Assembly: GCA_951406725.2 (NCBI GenBank)
Contig: OX597831.1
Location: forward strand, 28,830,001-28,894,000
Direction of reading: 5' to 3'
Source of the DNA: Octopus vulgaris
Taxonomy: Eukaryota
DNA length: 64,000 nt
The notes below the pieces were generated by a model. It did not search any database. It saw only the letters and a program-made list of their open reading frames with translations, and was not told the DNA's origin. Shown piece by piece: positions 14,141 through 28,543 of the stretch. The translations under genes were made by a program, and so were the position numbers. Positions within the stretch are counted from its first letter, which is position 1; every line of letters begins with the position of its first letter.

Positions 14141-15132
14141 GTTTTCAGATTGGGTTCCTATACTAAGGATAACTTCCTCTCTTCTTTCCTCTCGCCAGTC
14201 TCAAAGGCCCTTTGAAATGTTTCATTGCTGCTACCTATCCTGCTCTAACGAATCCATAACATAAACATAAAAATAAAACCGGTATTCGTTCCTCAACATA
14301 TTTAAATATAAATGATTGTAAATTCAACGTAACAAGTCTTCATTGTAACAGTACACACGACACACAACACTGCTGTTTCACTGATTGTATTATATGGGTC
14401 TTTGTTGTCTAGATTTAGTCCGGCATCTAGGGCGTAAAGACTCGGTTCTACATTTAAGCTGTTCCATTAAATGCTACCACTTTTAGCAACAGCAGGAGAA
14501 CAGTTGAAACAACAGCAGCTACAGGTCTCACGGTATAAAGTAGTGCCGAAGTGAGGCTGGCCGGATTTGAATCAATAAATAGATCTGTGACACACTAATC
14601 GTAATGCTGCACAACGTGAGCAGGTCGGAGTGGCTGAAACACATCCGGCGCCTGAGATCGTAAATACGAATAATGATAAAGCCAGAATAAAACCGAATCG
14701 AGAACGAGCCTGTGTCAAGAGATTCATTTCGCAAACTACAGGTCTAGCATTGAACGTGATTATTTCACGATGACAGCAATTGGAAGAATTAAAAACTGTG
14801 TCTGTTTGCTTTATTTTCTAGCCTAAATCTGACTTTCTATGTTGTTGACGATGAGGTCATCGGATGATGTTTAAGATGATTGTATTTTAAAGACGTCTGA
14901 AAACGAAGCTCAAGCTGTGGACCAGCCGACATATTGATTTCGAGTGAAATGCCAATAAACATCGATAATGACAAACACAAAAACATTTCTCCTTTTGGCA
15001 AAATCAATGTCCGCTTGTCTATACTGATTGACTTTTGAAAGAATGGACAAACTGTTTGTTGTTATAGCTGTGCTCCTGGTTGATGCAAATGTGGTTGCCA
15101 CTGTGCTATTGTTGTTGTTTTAGTAGTAGTAT

Positions 15133-15190
<58 letters not shown>

Positions 15191-15426
15191 GGTGGTGGTG
15201 GTGGTGGTGGTAGTAGTGGTGGTGATTGAGGTGGTGGTGATGCTGCTGATGGTGGTAGTAGTAAGGTGGTGGTAGTAATAATGATAGCTGAGGTAGTAGT
15301 AGTAGTAGTAGTAGTAAAGTTGATGGTGGTAGTAATAGTAATAGTTGGAGTAGCAGCAGCAGTAGCAATAGTAGTAGTAGTAGTAGTAGTAGTAGTAACA
15401 GTAATAATTGGAGTGGTAGCAGCAGG

Positions 15427-15473
<47 letters not shown>

Positions 15474-15752
15474 TAGTTTTTGTTATTCCTGTAGAAGTTG
15501 CTAGTGGTGGTTGGTATTGTTGTAGTTGCTGTTAATGTTGCACCTATGGTGTAGTTTACGGGACGGAGTATGATGTGTTGGGAAGATGTGGCGCATGCTG
15601 TAGTGCAATGTGGAATGCAGTGTGGCGCCAGCTGTTGTATGGGATATAGTATAAGAGGGTGGAAAGAGTTTCTCGGTGGTCATGTCTTGACAAATTGCAT
15701 CTTCACGCACACGCTTGCGAAGACCCAGTGAGTGACAGCTGCCGTATATGTA

Positions 15753-15864
<112 letters not shown>

Positions 15865-16143
15865 CAGTGTGTGTGTCAGCAACCAATATCAATCACGTTG
15901 CCAGCTTCTACGCCAATAACAAGAACTACTACTACTACTACTACTGGTGCTGCTGCTGCTACATTCGCGGTCGGAGGATCACGGTTTCGATTCCCAGACC
16001 GGGCGTTGTGTGTGTTTATTGAGCGAAAACACCTAAAGCTCTTCGAGGCTCCGGCAGGGTATGGTGGCGACCCCTGTTGTACTCTTTCGCTACTGGTGCT
16101 ACTGCTGCTGCTACTACCACTACTGCTGCTACTGATGATAATG

Positions 16144-16189
<46 letters not shown>

Positions 16190-16630
16190 TAATAATAATA
16201 ATAATAATAATATATGCATATATATATATATATACATATATTGATAGAAATGGTGGTAAGACAACAAAAGAATGAAAGAGACCTCGATATTATATAACTA
16301 GAGGAATTTATTTGTAAATGTAATATGTAACAATTATTCGGTAGCCATGATAAAACTCCGAGTTTCACATTGAGGTTAGTTCTTGCTTTTTGTGCTTTTG
16401 CGATCGATAAACTAAAATACCAACCCACTGCTGATATTGATTTCTATCAGATTCGATCCGATTTTAGAGTGTTATTGGAACGAAAGTCAACTTCTAAGAA
16501 TACATACATAAGTTTACATGTTATCTTAGATACTCTGTACCTGGAGAAAAAATTGGATGATGAATGCTAAATGCAAGTCAAATCTAAAAGAAAATATGCG
16601 TGTGTGCCTGTATCAACAATATACCTTAAT

Positions 16631-16693
<63 letters not shown>

Positions 16694-17453
16694 CTTGTGG
16701 CAGTGCATGTGCAGAACTTAAGTACATCTCGCCGATTCACTTTCCCGCTTTCATTTTTTTTTTCCTTTCATTTTTACCTAAGATTCTGCATCCGGCTTTT
16801 AAATAGCACTCTAAAATAGGACTTATCTAAGTATTCCTGACTATTCATATTCAACACACAGGAGAAGATTAGAAATACAACAGAAGATTAAAACAAAACA
16901 CACGCACACACACACTCACACACACACACACTCACACACACACATACACACACACACTCACACACACACACATAGGGTTTTTTTTATGTAAATGAAGTTC
17001 TGACGAGCAAAGTTAGCGAGTTAAAAATAACGATGTTTGCTCTTTTGGTCAACAAATGAACGGGATCAATAATTGTGAATAGTACTAACTGCATACTAGG
17101 GCCCAGCTGAATTAAAACCCCTCCCTTGGATGTGAACGTATAACACAAATATATATATATATAACTGGTTCATAACGACGCTTGTCTTCAAACGCCTGAG
17201 GCAGTCTCGAAAGAAACTATACTAAGGGAAGTAAATGTTATAGCTTAGTTTTAAAAGCTGACTGCATTAATTCCCCCTGGTTGTAATTATTAACAGCGAA
17301 AGTGTGAAATGTCTGCAGTGATTACATTAAATAAATCTAGAAACACAGATTAACGAAATGCACACAACGATAATAGATGAATATACGAATGAAGATGATG
17401 CAGTAGTAACACGTTCTTAGTTGTTGCAGCTACAGAAAATACCACAGAATAAC

Positions 17454-17498
<45 letters not shown>

Positions 17499-17500
17499 AC

Positions 17501-17533
<33 letters not shown>

Positions 17534-17626
17534 CGTGAACTTCCAACCTGTTGTCTCTTGAGGTCTCTGGGTGAGACTTGGAGCGAACTTGTACAAACAT
17601 AAAGCAAAAGTCAAACATAGAATAAT

Positions 17627-17700
<74 letters not shown>

Positions 17701-17739
17701 TAATTAAAATAATTAAAATAATCTTTTTTCTTTTTTTGA

Positions 17740-18050
17740 AAAGTCGAGAGATATGACAGGCTAGTTTGGGAAGTTAAGCAATTGTGGTCTATGAAAAAGG
17801 TAGCAGTAGTACCAATAATTGCCGGAGCCCTTGGAACAGTGAGCAAAAATCTCGAGAGGTACATTGAACAAATAGGGGCTGCAATAAGAGTGGAGCACTT
17901 GCAGAAAACAGCACCGCTTGGAACCGCCCGAATACTCCGGAAGATGCTCGAAAAATAGGAGGTGTTACCTTAGTTCACTGGTAGTGAACAGCTGACACGG
18001 CAGTACATCTCCAGCGTTAGAATCTGTGCAAAAGCAATAATAATAATAAT
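17740..18050 (+). mobile_element. R4/Dong-clade non-LTR retrotransposon 3' fragment in (TAA)n
   Basis: 17740-17958 reads KVERYDRLVWEVKQLWSMKKVAVVPIIAGALGTVSKNL...LQKTAPLGTARILRKMLEK* (restriction-like endonuclease C-terminus), then an (AAT)n tail. Dong elements target TAA repeats. Confidence 0.8.
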
Positions 18051-19245
18051 CTTTTCTACTATAGGCACAAGGCCTGAAATTTGGGGGAGTGGGACAGTCG
18101 ATTGCCTTGACCCCAGTATTTAACTAGTACTTGATTTATCGATCCCGAAAGGATGAAAGACAAAGTCAACCTCTATAAAATTTGAACTCAGAATGTAAAG
18201 ACGGGTGAAATGCCGCTAAGCGTTTTGTCTAGCGCAGCAACGATTCTTTCTGTTCACCGGCCTTAAATAACGATAACATGATAATCCTTGTGACAGGCAC
18301 AAAGTGTGAAATTTTGTGGGAAGGACTAGTCGATTAATCGATTCCAGTGCGTAATTGGTATTTATTTAATCGATCCCGAAACAATGGAAGGTCAAGTGGA
18401 CCTCAATACAATTTGAACTCAGAACGTAAAGAGTGGCAACAACAACAATAAATCTGCAAAGATTCATGTGACGAAACTGGAAAGAACGCTTCACAAAAGT
18501 GAAAGAGTTTGTGTGAAGGAAAATTAATTCTAAACTTTTTGGTCAAAGATTTTACTGAGGAAACAAACGAAGTGAAGTGAGATTGAAACAATGGTCTGAA
18601 TTAGTGTGAAAGCGAATAAATATAACATTGTAGAGTTTTATGTGGTTACACAGAAAGATTGGTTGTTGAAACATTCTAAGATGGATGAAAATTAAAGATG
18701 AAGTTTCACATCATGGTGATCTGTAGTTTTACGCAGTATATGTTTTATAGCTGAGTTTGTTTGGTATCATGTCGAATGGTAGAGCGGAATTTCCAAAAGC
18801 TTCACCTATAGAGCTCCAGCTGTTGACTGTATTCGAACTGTCGAGTCTTCTACTGCTTGACATTGGTTGGAATTCAACCAACGTTACCCTTGCTGCATTC
18901 TTTTGACAAATCTTCGAATCACATCAAAGAAATGTCCATTCACAGATGATGTGGCCATCCAATGACAAAAAAAGACAGGGTTCGAATGAAGAAGACTGAT
19001 ACGAATGTTTACTATGGTTAAGAACCAGTGGGAGCCGGTTCGATTTGGTGTCGAACCGGTCAGCCGAAGGCGTAGATATTTACAGTTGTTGTCCATCTGT
19101 CTGTCAAGCCATGATCCAGGTGTTATATCACACCTAACAAATTGACCAAACGTCTGGTATTGACCCTCAGTCTCAGTACTGCAAACATTTTATATCCTCA
19201 TCCTGTTGAGGCCCAATCTGCGCACACCGACATGTAGTAGTAGTG

Positions 19246-19299
<54 letters not shown>

Positions 19300-19491
19300 A
19301 AATAAATTGTGGAGGCGAGTGGCCTAGTGGTTAGAGTACTGGGCTCATGGTAGTAAGATTGTGGTTTCGATTTCTTGACCGGGTGACGCATGTTGCTCTT
19401 GAGTAAAACGCTTCGTTTCACGTCGACCCGGTTCACTCGGCTGCGACGGACTGGCGTCTTGTCTAGGGTTTGTGTGTGTGTGTGTGTGTGC

Positions 19492-19577
<86 letters not shown>

Positions 19578-20746
19578 GTCACGCAAAACCCGTCCTTATG
19601 AGTCCATAGGGTTCGAGAAGGATTCGTTATTCTTTGAAAGAAAATTAAGTCCCCTGGAAATTACAGTCTCGAGTTCTAGGGCGCATAGGGACGGGTACAC
19701 GGTTTCCCCTTGAAAGGAACGTCAGTCTATCGCAGGGCTACTCATTTACAGCTGAGAGGACTGGAGCAATGCGAAACGAAGTGTTTTGGTCAGAAACACA
19801 TCACACCGCCCTGTGCGGGAATTGAAACCACGATCTTGCGATCGTGAGTACAGTACCCTAAATACTGACACACGCCTTCACAGTAGTATATGTGGCATGG
19901 TGTGCAAGATGACGTTGTGCCTGTATATTTCTCCATTCGTACATCAATCTACTATTCTTGCGTGTTGTGTTTGCTGTGTATGTTAGGCTGTGACAGCCTA
20001 GTCAGCTTGTATGTCCTCCCTTATCCATTCTACACTTGTGTGCCTATATAGGCTCTGGTGGTGACGGGGGTCGTCCGTCTACACTAAAGCCTCAATCCCT
20101 TAATGCAACTGCAACTTCTCTTTAGCACTTCTTGTTGGTATTTATTTTAACAGTTTTATAAATCGAGGCTGACGATGCATCTAAATTGTCTTCGTGCGGA
20201 ACACTTAATTCAACAAGGTGTACTATCTTACGTTCCACACGCCATATTGTAATATCCGGCTTCTTCTTTGTTCGTATTGGAAAGAGGCGTTCACGCCCTA
20301 CAGATCTACCGTATCAGACAATTTAAACCTAGCACTTATTTATCATCACAGGGACACTGTGGGATAGAAAGAGAATAATGTTAAATGATAACTGCTGCTT
20401 ATCTGGTTCAATATCTTTAGTGATGTAAATATAATAAAATAGCTACGTACAACACATATAGGCTCATAGCCTCGTTTTGACCACATCTCTCACAATGACG
20501 CCATTGTAGCCTTGATATGAATTGATGTAAGCGACTCGGAATTAAACAAATACCACAACCTTTTTTTTTTCTATTGTGTGGCTTGTCTTTTCCATTTGAA
20601 AATATTTCAAAGCGTTTTTTGTTTGTGTAGTTTTATTGGCATTCATGTTGTTTCTCTTTATGTGTGTGCGTATGTGCGCGCGTATGTGTGTAAATATATA
20701 AACATATATTATACAAATATATATATGTATGTATATGAATTATATG

Positions 20747-20789
<43 letters not shown>

Positions 20790-20816
20790 CTATATACATA
20801 TATGTATGTGTGTATG

Positions 20817-20853
<37 letters not shown>

Positions 20854-23817
20854 ACACACATTACATTACATTGCAAAGCAGACATTATAATGACGGGTAA
20901 TGTTATCAACCGGTCATAATTATTTTTAAGGAAAAAGCAATCGCTCCAGGTTAATCAAAATAAGCCGCTTCCGTTGTGTGCGTACATGCGCATGCGCATG
21001 TGTACATTCGGGGGGGAAATCGAAATATAAAACAGTATTCTTCGAGCGAACTCTGGGATATTTGTTCTGCATCGAGTTACAAACACTCCCTTGGCACCCT
21101 CTCCGTCATAAATACAGTGAACCCATGAGTATTCTATTAACAATATATAAACAATGACGTCATCATTCCCCTTAAATAATTATGAAAGAAATTATTTTAA
21201 GATATGACACAAGGCAGATTAAGACTAGTCTTAAACAAAATTAAGATTAATTGTACGACACTGCTGTCTGTATATTTTCTCCTTGGCCTTGTTACTGTAC
21301 TGACCAAATGATACTCCGTTTACTAAAAATAACGGCCAAATTTTCCCCAAACTACACACAATTATCTTAGATAAAGAAGGACATGTTTTGAATCGGATAT
21401 ACAAAACGACTGGACAGTCACGGCTGGAATGCTTGTAATTTTAATATTGCTCACTCAGGACTGACTTAGGGTTACACATCATCGTGATCATCAACATCGT
21501 CGTCGTCATCATCATCATTATCATCATCACCACTATCATCATCATTACTATCACCTTATCACCGGCAACGTCGACGTCATCGTCATCATCATCATCAACA
21601 TCATCACTACAAACACCACCACCCTCATCATCATCGTCATCATCACTATCATCACTACCACCACCGACATCATCATTATCACCAACCTCATCAACATCGT
21701 CGCCGTCGCAGTCATCATGTACCAACTCCGTCTCATTCTTACTATAAACTCCTTGACCAATCCTACTTCCCGGAGAATGACGCTCTCACAGAAAATCATT
21801 CGTAGCCCTTTGTGTGTCGGTGAGTGTTGGGTTAGAATAGGAATGGAGATCACCCCGGTCCCAAAACTGAATTCCTATATTCCGACCCAATTATAACCAA
21901 ATTAACTCCGACAACTCTGTAATGACAGTTATCTAGTGGTATACGGGTTACCTCCCTTTATATTTCATTCTATTGGCATCCATGCTTTTTTTAGTGAAAT
22001 ATATTTTTCATAATTAAGAAGAGAAAGGTTGATAGTGACTTTGAAGTTCAAAGTCGGTAAACCTTTTCTTGGTGAAAAATAAAGTATATTTAAAATGTAC
22101 TTTAATGAAAAATATTGGGTGATTCTTCAGTTTAATGTTAGAATATTTTCGCTTTTAAATCGATGTCTGCCGAATTTCTACAGCCAATTAGCAGTCGGGA
22201 ATGTGTGTGAGAGAGGTCTCTGTGTGTTGTAGTTGTAACTGTTATTGCTGTTGTTCAGCCCTTGATGACCTTGACTTCGCGGTGTCCCGCACACTGGAGA
22301 GATGGTGCGAGGGAAAACGTAGATAGAAAGAGAATTCCAGGGTTTTTCCAGGGGAAGAACGGATTGGTGAGTGGTTAAAGCGGATCTTGGTGTAAGAGAG
22401 AGAGACAGACAGACAGACAGAGACAGACAGACAGAGACAGAGAGAAAGCAGAGAGAGACAATATGTTGAAGAGAATAGAAGGAAAGGTATCTCGGATGGG
22501 CTTAATATGCATCCGATGAGGTGTGCTTTACAGTGGCGGGAGGGTTAAAGAGAGTCAGAATACCCAAAATTCCTTAGTGATGACGTCATTGCAAAAATAA
22601 AATTCTAGGAAAGGAACTACAATTTAAAAGTGTTCGATCTTCTATATCGATAATCTAAAACTACGATAAAAAAAATTTACTGGGTTTGGGGCAGATTTAG
22701 AAACTGAGATTATGTGATGTTCATGCTTTTCTGAACTGTACTATAGACATAAGTGAAAATTAACTGGTTTCAGAACGAATTCGAAACCGGATCGAGGTTT
22801 AGTTGGTTTGGTTCAGCTCCTGCTCATTTCTAAACTAGAAGACCTATGATCGAAAAAACGTTCCAGTCGTGACTATTCTTTATTGCACCAGGCATAGTGT
22901 ATCTAGGATTATATTATCAAATGTGTCTGTGATTTTTAAGAAGTTAGGATGTAGCTTGAGGGAGATTTGGTTGCTATTTTTAGTGACTCGAATGACTACA
23001 AAGAGGCTTTTTCATTATCTCATGACATAGGATACGTCATAGTCAGACCCAGAACAATTCTGACCTGGCAGAACTATGATCAGAGGCATTCTAGCCGTGG
23101 CCATCCTGTTTTTTTTTTTTAAGGCATATAGAATTGCTTTGTTTAATGTGTCTTATTCATTAGATAGCAATTTAAAGGATATTTGGCTGCTATATCTAGG
23201 TAGTCTAGAGACCATATAGAAGTTCTGTTGCTGTTCCGTAGAAGACTATTTCGAATGTCGTGGAGTGTCCATTATCGGCGTGAGTTTTAAGGACGAAATA
23301 TATGAAGAGATGGCAATCATGCTTTAGTCATTTGCCACGAAAGTAAAGCCGAATGTTTTCAAGCCGGAATTGAAACTACGAATGCTCCTTTCTTTTCTTT
23401 TGTTACCAAGTTCTCTTCATTCGTAGGACGTGTTACAATAGCGTTTAAAGTTATAACAAAAACGGGGAGTTAAGGGAAAATATGTATTACAATATATCAA
23501 GGCGTTTATTATTTTTTTTTAATTAGATAAATGAATATATATAATCACAAATATAATTAAATAATAAATATAATTAAATATGTGGAGGCGCATGGCTTAG
23601 TGGTTAGGGTGTCAGCATCATGATCGTAAGATTGTGGTTTCGATTCCTGAGCCGGGCGATGCGTTGTGCTCTTGAGCAAAACACTTCATTTCGAGTAACG
23701 TTGCTATGGACTGGTGTCCCATCCAGCTGGAGAGCACATACGCCATTGAAACCGGGAAACCGGGCCCAGGAGGCTGTCTAGGCTTTAAAAGGGCGCATTT
23801 ATTATAATTAAATGTCC

Positions 23818-23935
23818 AGCTGCGGGCTGGACATTTACATTAATGAAATGAAAAATATATGAATGAATTCGTTTCCCCCATTCATTCATATATTTTTCAT
23901 TTCATCTTATTAATGTAAATGTCCAGCCCGCAGCT
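23818..23935. repeat. Inverted repeat (~50-bp arms, 11-nt loop)
   Basis: AGCTGCGGGCTGGACATTTACATTAAT...GAATGAAT mirrored at 23880-23935. Confidence 0.9.
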
Positions 23936-24291
23936 ACATCTGTGTAATTGCCAATTATATGAATAAAACTACAATTAAATAAATTGCAAACAACAGAAAA
24001 GTGTGTTAATGTATATATGCGTGTGTGTGCAATGGGCATGGTATAGGATTGCTTGTTATTATTTTAATCATAGGAGTCTAGGTCCTGTCCCAGATTGACT
24101 CTAAATGACAACAGTCTAGATTCAAGGAAAATCAATCAATCACTCAATAAATGAATGAATGAATGAATAAATAAAAGCAATGATAATTTACTGTTGAGTT
24201 TCTGCAAATACCGAGGTTTATGCAAATGAGATCGAATTACAACGAAAGTTGATACACAATGCTGGCTGAAGCCAGTGGTAATACTTTAACA

Positions 24292-24622
24292 CAGTGGTTC
24301 CCAAAGTGAGCGGTACTGCTCCCGACCCCCACTGGGGGCGGCGGAGAGATCCAAGTGACGGTGGAAAGATCCGGGGTCCGTGGAAAGATCCAAGGGCGTT
24401 GAAGAAAAGTGGGATGATAATGGAATGGCCAACATGGGGTGATGGATGTAAAAAATATATATATTATGGGTTAATTAGATTTAAGTTTTATTTGTGAAAT
24501 ACAGTTGTTTTGAATTTGCTGCAGAAAGTGGTCTATATTTGTGGTGGGGAGGGTGAGGAGACGCTAGGAAGGTGGCCTGGGTGCCAAGTGGGCGGCAGCC
24601 TGAAAAATTTTGGGAACTACTG
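24292..24622. mobile_element. hAT-family MITE
   Basis: TIRs CAGTGGTTCCCAAA / TTTGGGAACTACTG; 8-bp TSD CTTTAACA/CTTTAATA. Confidence 0.85.
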
Positions 24623-25000
24623 CTTTAATAGAATTGTACAATTCGGTGAATGTAACAACTAGATCTACTCCGTTAAAAATCGTTTCGTCTTTACAAAACA
24701 GGGACCAGATACATCAGCAGTGAAATTTGAATATAGGGTCTTATTTTGCCCAAGGTAGAAGCTAAATATCCCTTCAACAAATTGTGCAAACGTTTCAAAA
24801 TTAGAACGACTTGATCTGCCCAATGTAGTAACTAATGCTACAAGTCGACAGTCTTTGAAAAAGGGACAGTAAAATTCGGTGAAGAGAACGTACTACGTTA
24901 ACTTGAACTTCCTTCATGCAGCACTCATGTATCCCTTAACAAATTGTATTCTGTCTCTGAAATATAGGATATGTTAATCAGTTTTATTTTATTTTACTTT

Positions 25001-25302
25001 ATGCGCCCTTTCAAGCCTAGCCAGGATCATGGGGCCGGTTTCCCGGTTTCTGTGGCGTATGTGTTCCCCCCAGCTGAACGGGATGCCAGTCCATCGCAGC
25101 GTTACCCAAGAAACGGGAAGAAAGATTTAGAGAAAGTTGGGGCAAAAGAGTACAACAGGGAACGCCACCAACCCCTGCCGGAGCCTCGTGGAGCTTTCGG
25201 TGTTTTCGCTCAATAAACACACACAACGCCCGGTCTGGGAATCGAAACCGCGATCCTCCGACCGCGAGTCCGCTGCCCTAACCACTGGGCCATTGCGCCT
25301 CC
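25001..25302 (-). mobile_element. tRNA-derived SINE family B (GGAGGCGCAATGGCCCAGTGGTTAG head), best copy
   Basis: tRNA-like head with TGGTTAG A box and GTTTCGATTC B box. Copies ~15965(+), 19310(+), 23583-23800(+), 27313-27615(-), 29285-29552(-), 37411-37695(+), 48420-48577(-), 52495-52652(-), 61215-61410(-). Confidence 0.85.
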
Positions 25303-25344
25303 GCATATTAATCAGTTATAGGGATTTAATGTAGCAGATATATA

Positions 25345-25700
25345 TATATGGAAAGATCCGTCCTTGGAATACCATCACGAGAATAAATTCGAAATGAGGT
25401 AATTCAAGAAGAGTGGAATGAGCGATGTGATCTCAGATTACCAAAAGCAGAATTTCCGCTAGGATGGACATGTCACAAGGCTCACAGATAAGTGGTGAGT
25501 TTTACACAGTTGTCGAGTGGCATCCAGGAGAACGAAAATGCCAGTTGGATTGCTTCCACGACGATGGGAAGACGATTTAGTCAAGCGATTTGGGTCAAAA
25601 TGGAAAATAATGACTTAATCAAGACAGAATTGGAAGCGCATTGTGGCCAGCGGTGTACAATAGCATCTGATGATCTAGTCAATACTGTGATACTGTGACA
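25345..25700 (+). mobile_element. Degenerate RTE LINE 3' fragment
   Basis: Frameshifted ERSVLGI..IRNEVI..SDVISDYQKQNFR*DGHVTRLTDKW, then a 3' end with short tandem (tactgtga) repeats. Confidence 0.6.
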
Positions 25701-28148
25701 TGGGCAACATAAGTCTGTGATGATGCATCATACAGCAGATAAAAAGAGGCTACATAAGTGATTGGCCTTAACATATTGCAGATAAATCCCTCCAAACAAA
25801 ACCATATAGCGTTTAGAATAAGGGTTAAACGGGGAAAGGTCTTCAATTTGGTTAATAATAGTCGTTTGCGGAATCTTGCATCCGAGTTTCTTGAAATAAA
25901 CTCTCTACTGTGCGAGGGAGCAAGTACTATGCGTAAATATCTTCTGTAAAACACAATAAATGAATAAATAAATATATAAATAAATAAATAAATAAATAAC
26001 GCAACATTGATCGAACTCTTCAAACCATCTCTGATCAATTTAGCGTAGTTCTATATTAGTAGAACATAACGAGAGGTAGAGCTTAACTACACCGATAAAA
26101 ACCATCTGTGAACAAGCTAACGAGGGAATCTCTGTGGCATGGTCACTACATTTTTAAGAAATAGCAGTCAAATCTCCTTTAAATTACAACTTATGGTAGG
26201 TATGTGCAACCGTTTTCGAGAAGCGGGATGCATGAGTCATAATTCATCATCAGTCGGGCCGCACTACTAACAAGATTCGCCGAATGCAAGAACACCCTAT
26301 AGTATTAAAATACGGCACATTGAATATTAGAATCTTAATCTATTTGACTCTAAAGACATATCCTTTACTTCTACGAAATTGCGATAAATCTGCAATTCAG
26401 GGAATTCTGACTTCATCGATTGTTGAACGAAACAACGGATTTTGTATGGATGTGAGTCTGTACAGTGAGTCTGTACAGAAACAAGTGAGTCTGTATAGAA
26501 ACAAGTGAGTCTGTACAGAAACAAAATCAGCAGGGATTCACATTGTAGAGATATCTACGTTGGACAGATGCCCACACTGTACAAATCTCTATTCTAGGTA
26601 AACACTGTGCAGATGTCTAAACTGTAATGATGTCCACTCTGGTCCGATCAATACAGATTGAAAATACTATACAGAGCGCAAAGACGGACTAAATGCTGCT
26701 AATGCGACAAGACTGGCCCTCTGAATACAGATTTGTTCCAGCTGTGTGGACTGGAGCAACGAGAAATAAAATGTCTTACCGAAGGACATAACGCGCCACC
26801 GTGAATCGATCTCACGACCTTACGATTGTAAACCGATTACCCTAACCACTAAGCCACACACCTTCACAGCCTATGACAGCTCTATGTAATACTATTTACA
26901 AAATCTATAACGATCCTATAATAACCTTATAAAGAACGGATATAAGCTCCAGGACAACTCTATTTATAAAATACCAGAATCCTTGTTAAAAGTTTATATA
27001 AAACCGGTAGCTTAACGAATGATACGCTGGTAGTGAGTGAAGAAGTGACGTCAGGTAACGAAGCTGACAATTTGAGTATCTTTTTTCTTTATGCGTGACA
27101 TCATGGGGTCCTGAAGAATTTTATCTACTGATATGCGGATAGAGCAGAAAGTGATTTAGGGTCTCACAACAACTACCAATCGGCGGTTAAAGGAGCTCGT
27201 TTTTTGGAGTCGTTTGCCAGTTCATGTCAAGAAACTTTTTCGATCCTTTTCACTACAGAACCTATAAAACCCCTATGTAAGATCATATAAAAAAATAATA
27301 AAACGATAATCGTCGCCCTTTTCAAGCCTAGCAAGGCTCATGGACCCGGTTTCCCAGTTTCTGTGGCGTATGTGTTCCCCCCAACTGGATGGGACGCCAG
27401 TCCATCGCAGCGTTACTCAAGGAACAGGAAGAAAGAGTGAGAGAAAGTTGTGGTGAAAGAGTACAACAGGGATCTCCACCACCCCCTGCCGGAGCCTTGT
27501 GGAGCTTTTAGGTGTTTTCGCTCAATAAACACACACAACGCCCTGTCTGGGAATCAAAACCGCGATCCTCCGACCGCGAGTTCGCTGTCCTAACCACTGG
27601 GCCATTGCACCTCCTGTAAGATCATATACTGAAGCTAATTCTAAGCCTACACAACAATCAGTAACAAACCACAAAAAAAAATGGGTGAAACGGGTACTCC
27701 GATCGCTACGACACGAGGGTTCCACTTGTTTCGATCAATGGAACGGACTGCACATGAAATTAACGTGCAAGAGGCTGAACACTCCAAGAACACGGGTAAT
27801 GTTAATGTAGTTCTCGGGGAGATTCAGCGGGAAGCAAGATGTGACAAGGCTGGTCCTTTGAAGTACGGTTTTTACTCATTTTTGCCAGAAAAAGTTTACA
27901 CCCTAACAATCCGCTGTGTTATAGAACTTAGATATAAAATTGGCAGAATTGTTGGCATGCCGGACAAAATGCTTTGCGGTATTTCGCTTGCGTCGACCAA
28001 ATTTACTTGCAAGGAATTGGTTGGCCAGGGTTTATAATGGATAACACTTGCCCGTGCTGCCGCGCAAAGGGCCGGAACCGAAACCGCGCGGTTGCAAAGC
28101 GAGTTTCTTAACCACCCAACCATACCTGCGCCTGCACACGCACGCACG

Positions 28149-28211
<63 letters not shown>

Positions 28212-28213
28212 AC

Positions 28214-28297
<84 letters not shown>

Positions 28298-28298
<1 letters not shown>

Positions 28299-28446
28299 CT
28301 CTAGCGTAGCTGATGGGGTAACAGGGGTGGTCCGCCCCGAACAGCACTTTTGGGTTTGCTGTAGGCAGTATGTGTTTTTTTGTGGGGTCCGGGAGCAGCA
28401 AACGGAAGGGCCGCCCCGGGCGGCACACACTCTAAATACGCTAGTG

Positions 28447-28447
<1 letters not shown>
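28298..28447. mobile_element. Small GC-rich MITE inserted in (GATA)n
   Basis: CTAGCGTA / TACGCTAG inverted ends, internal CCGCCCC repeats, (GATA)n on both sides. Confidence 0.55.

Positions 28448-28540
<93 letters not shown>

Positions 28541-28543
<3 letters not shown>

Noticed and set aside
25230-25302. tRNA genes (here and at other SINE heads)
   Set aside because: tRNA-like heads continue into shared SINE bodies and lack a proper cloverleaf.
26450-26660. ~20-bp repeats, and ~28-bp repeats at 56190-56370, as CRISPR-like arrays
   Set aside because: Degenerate tandem minisatellites without unique spacers; eukaryotic context.
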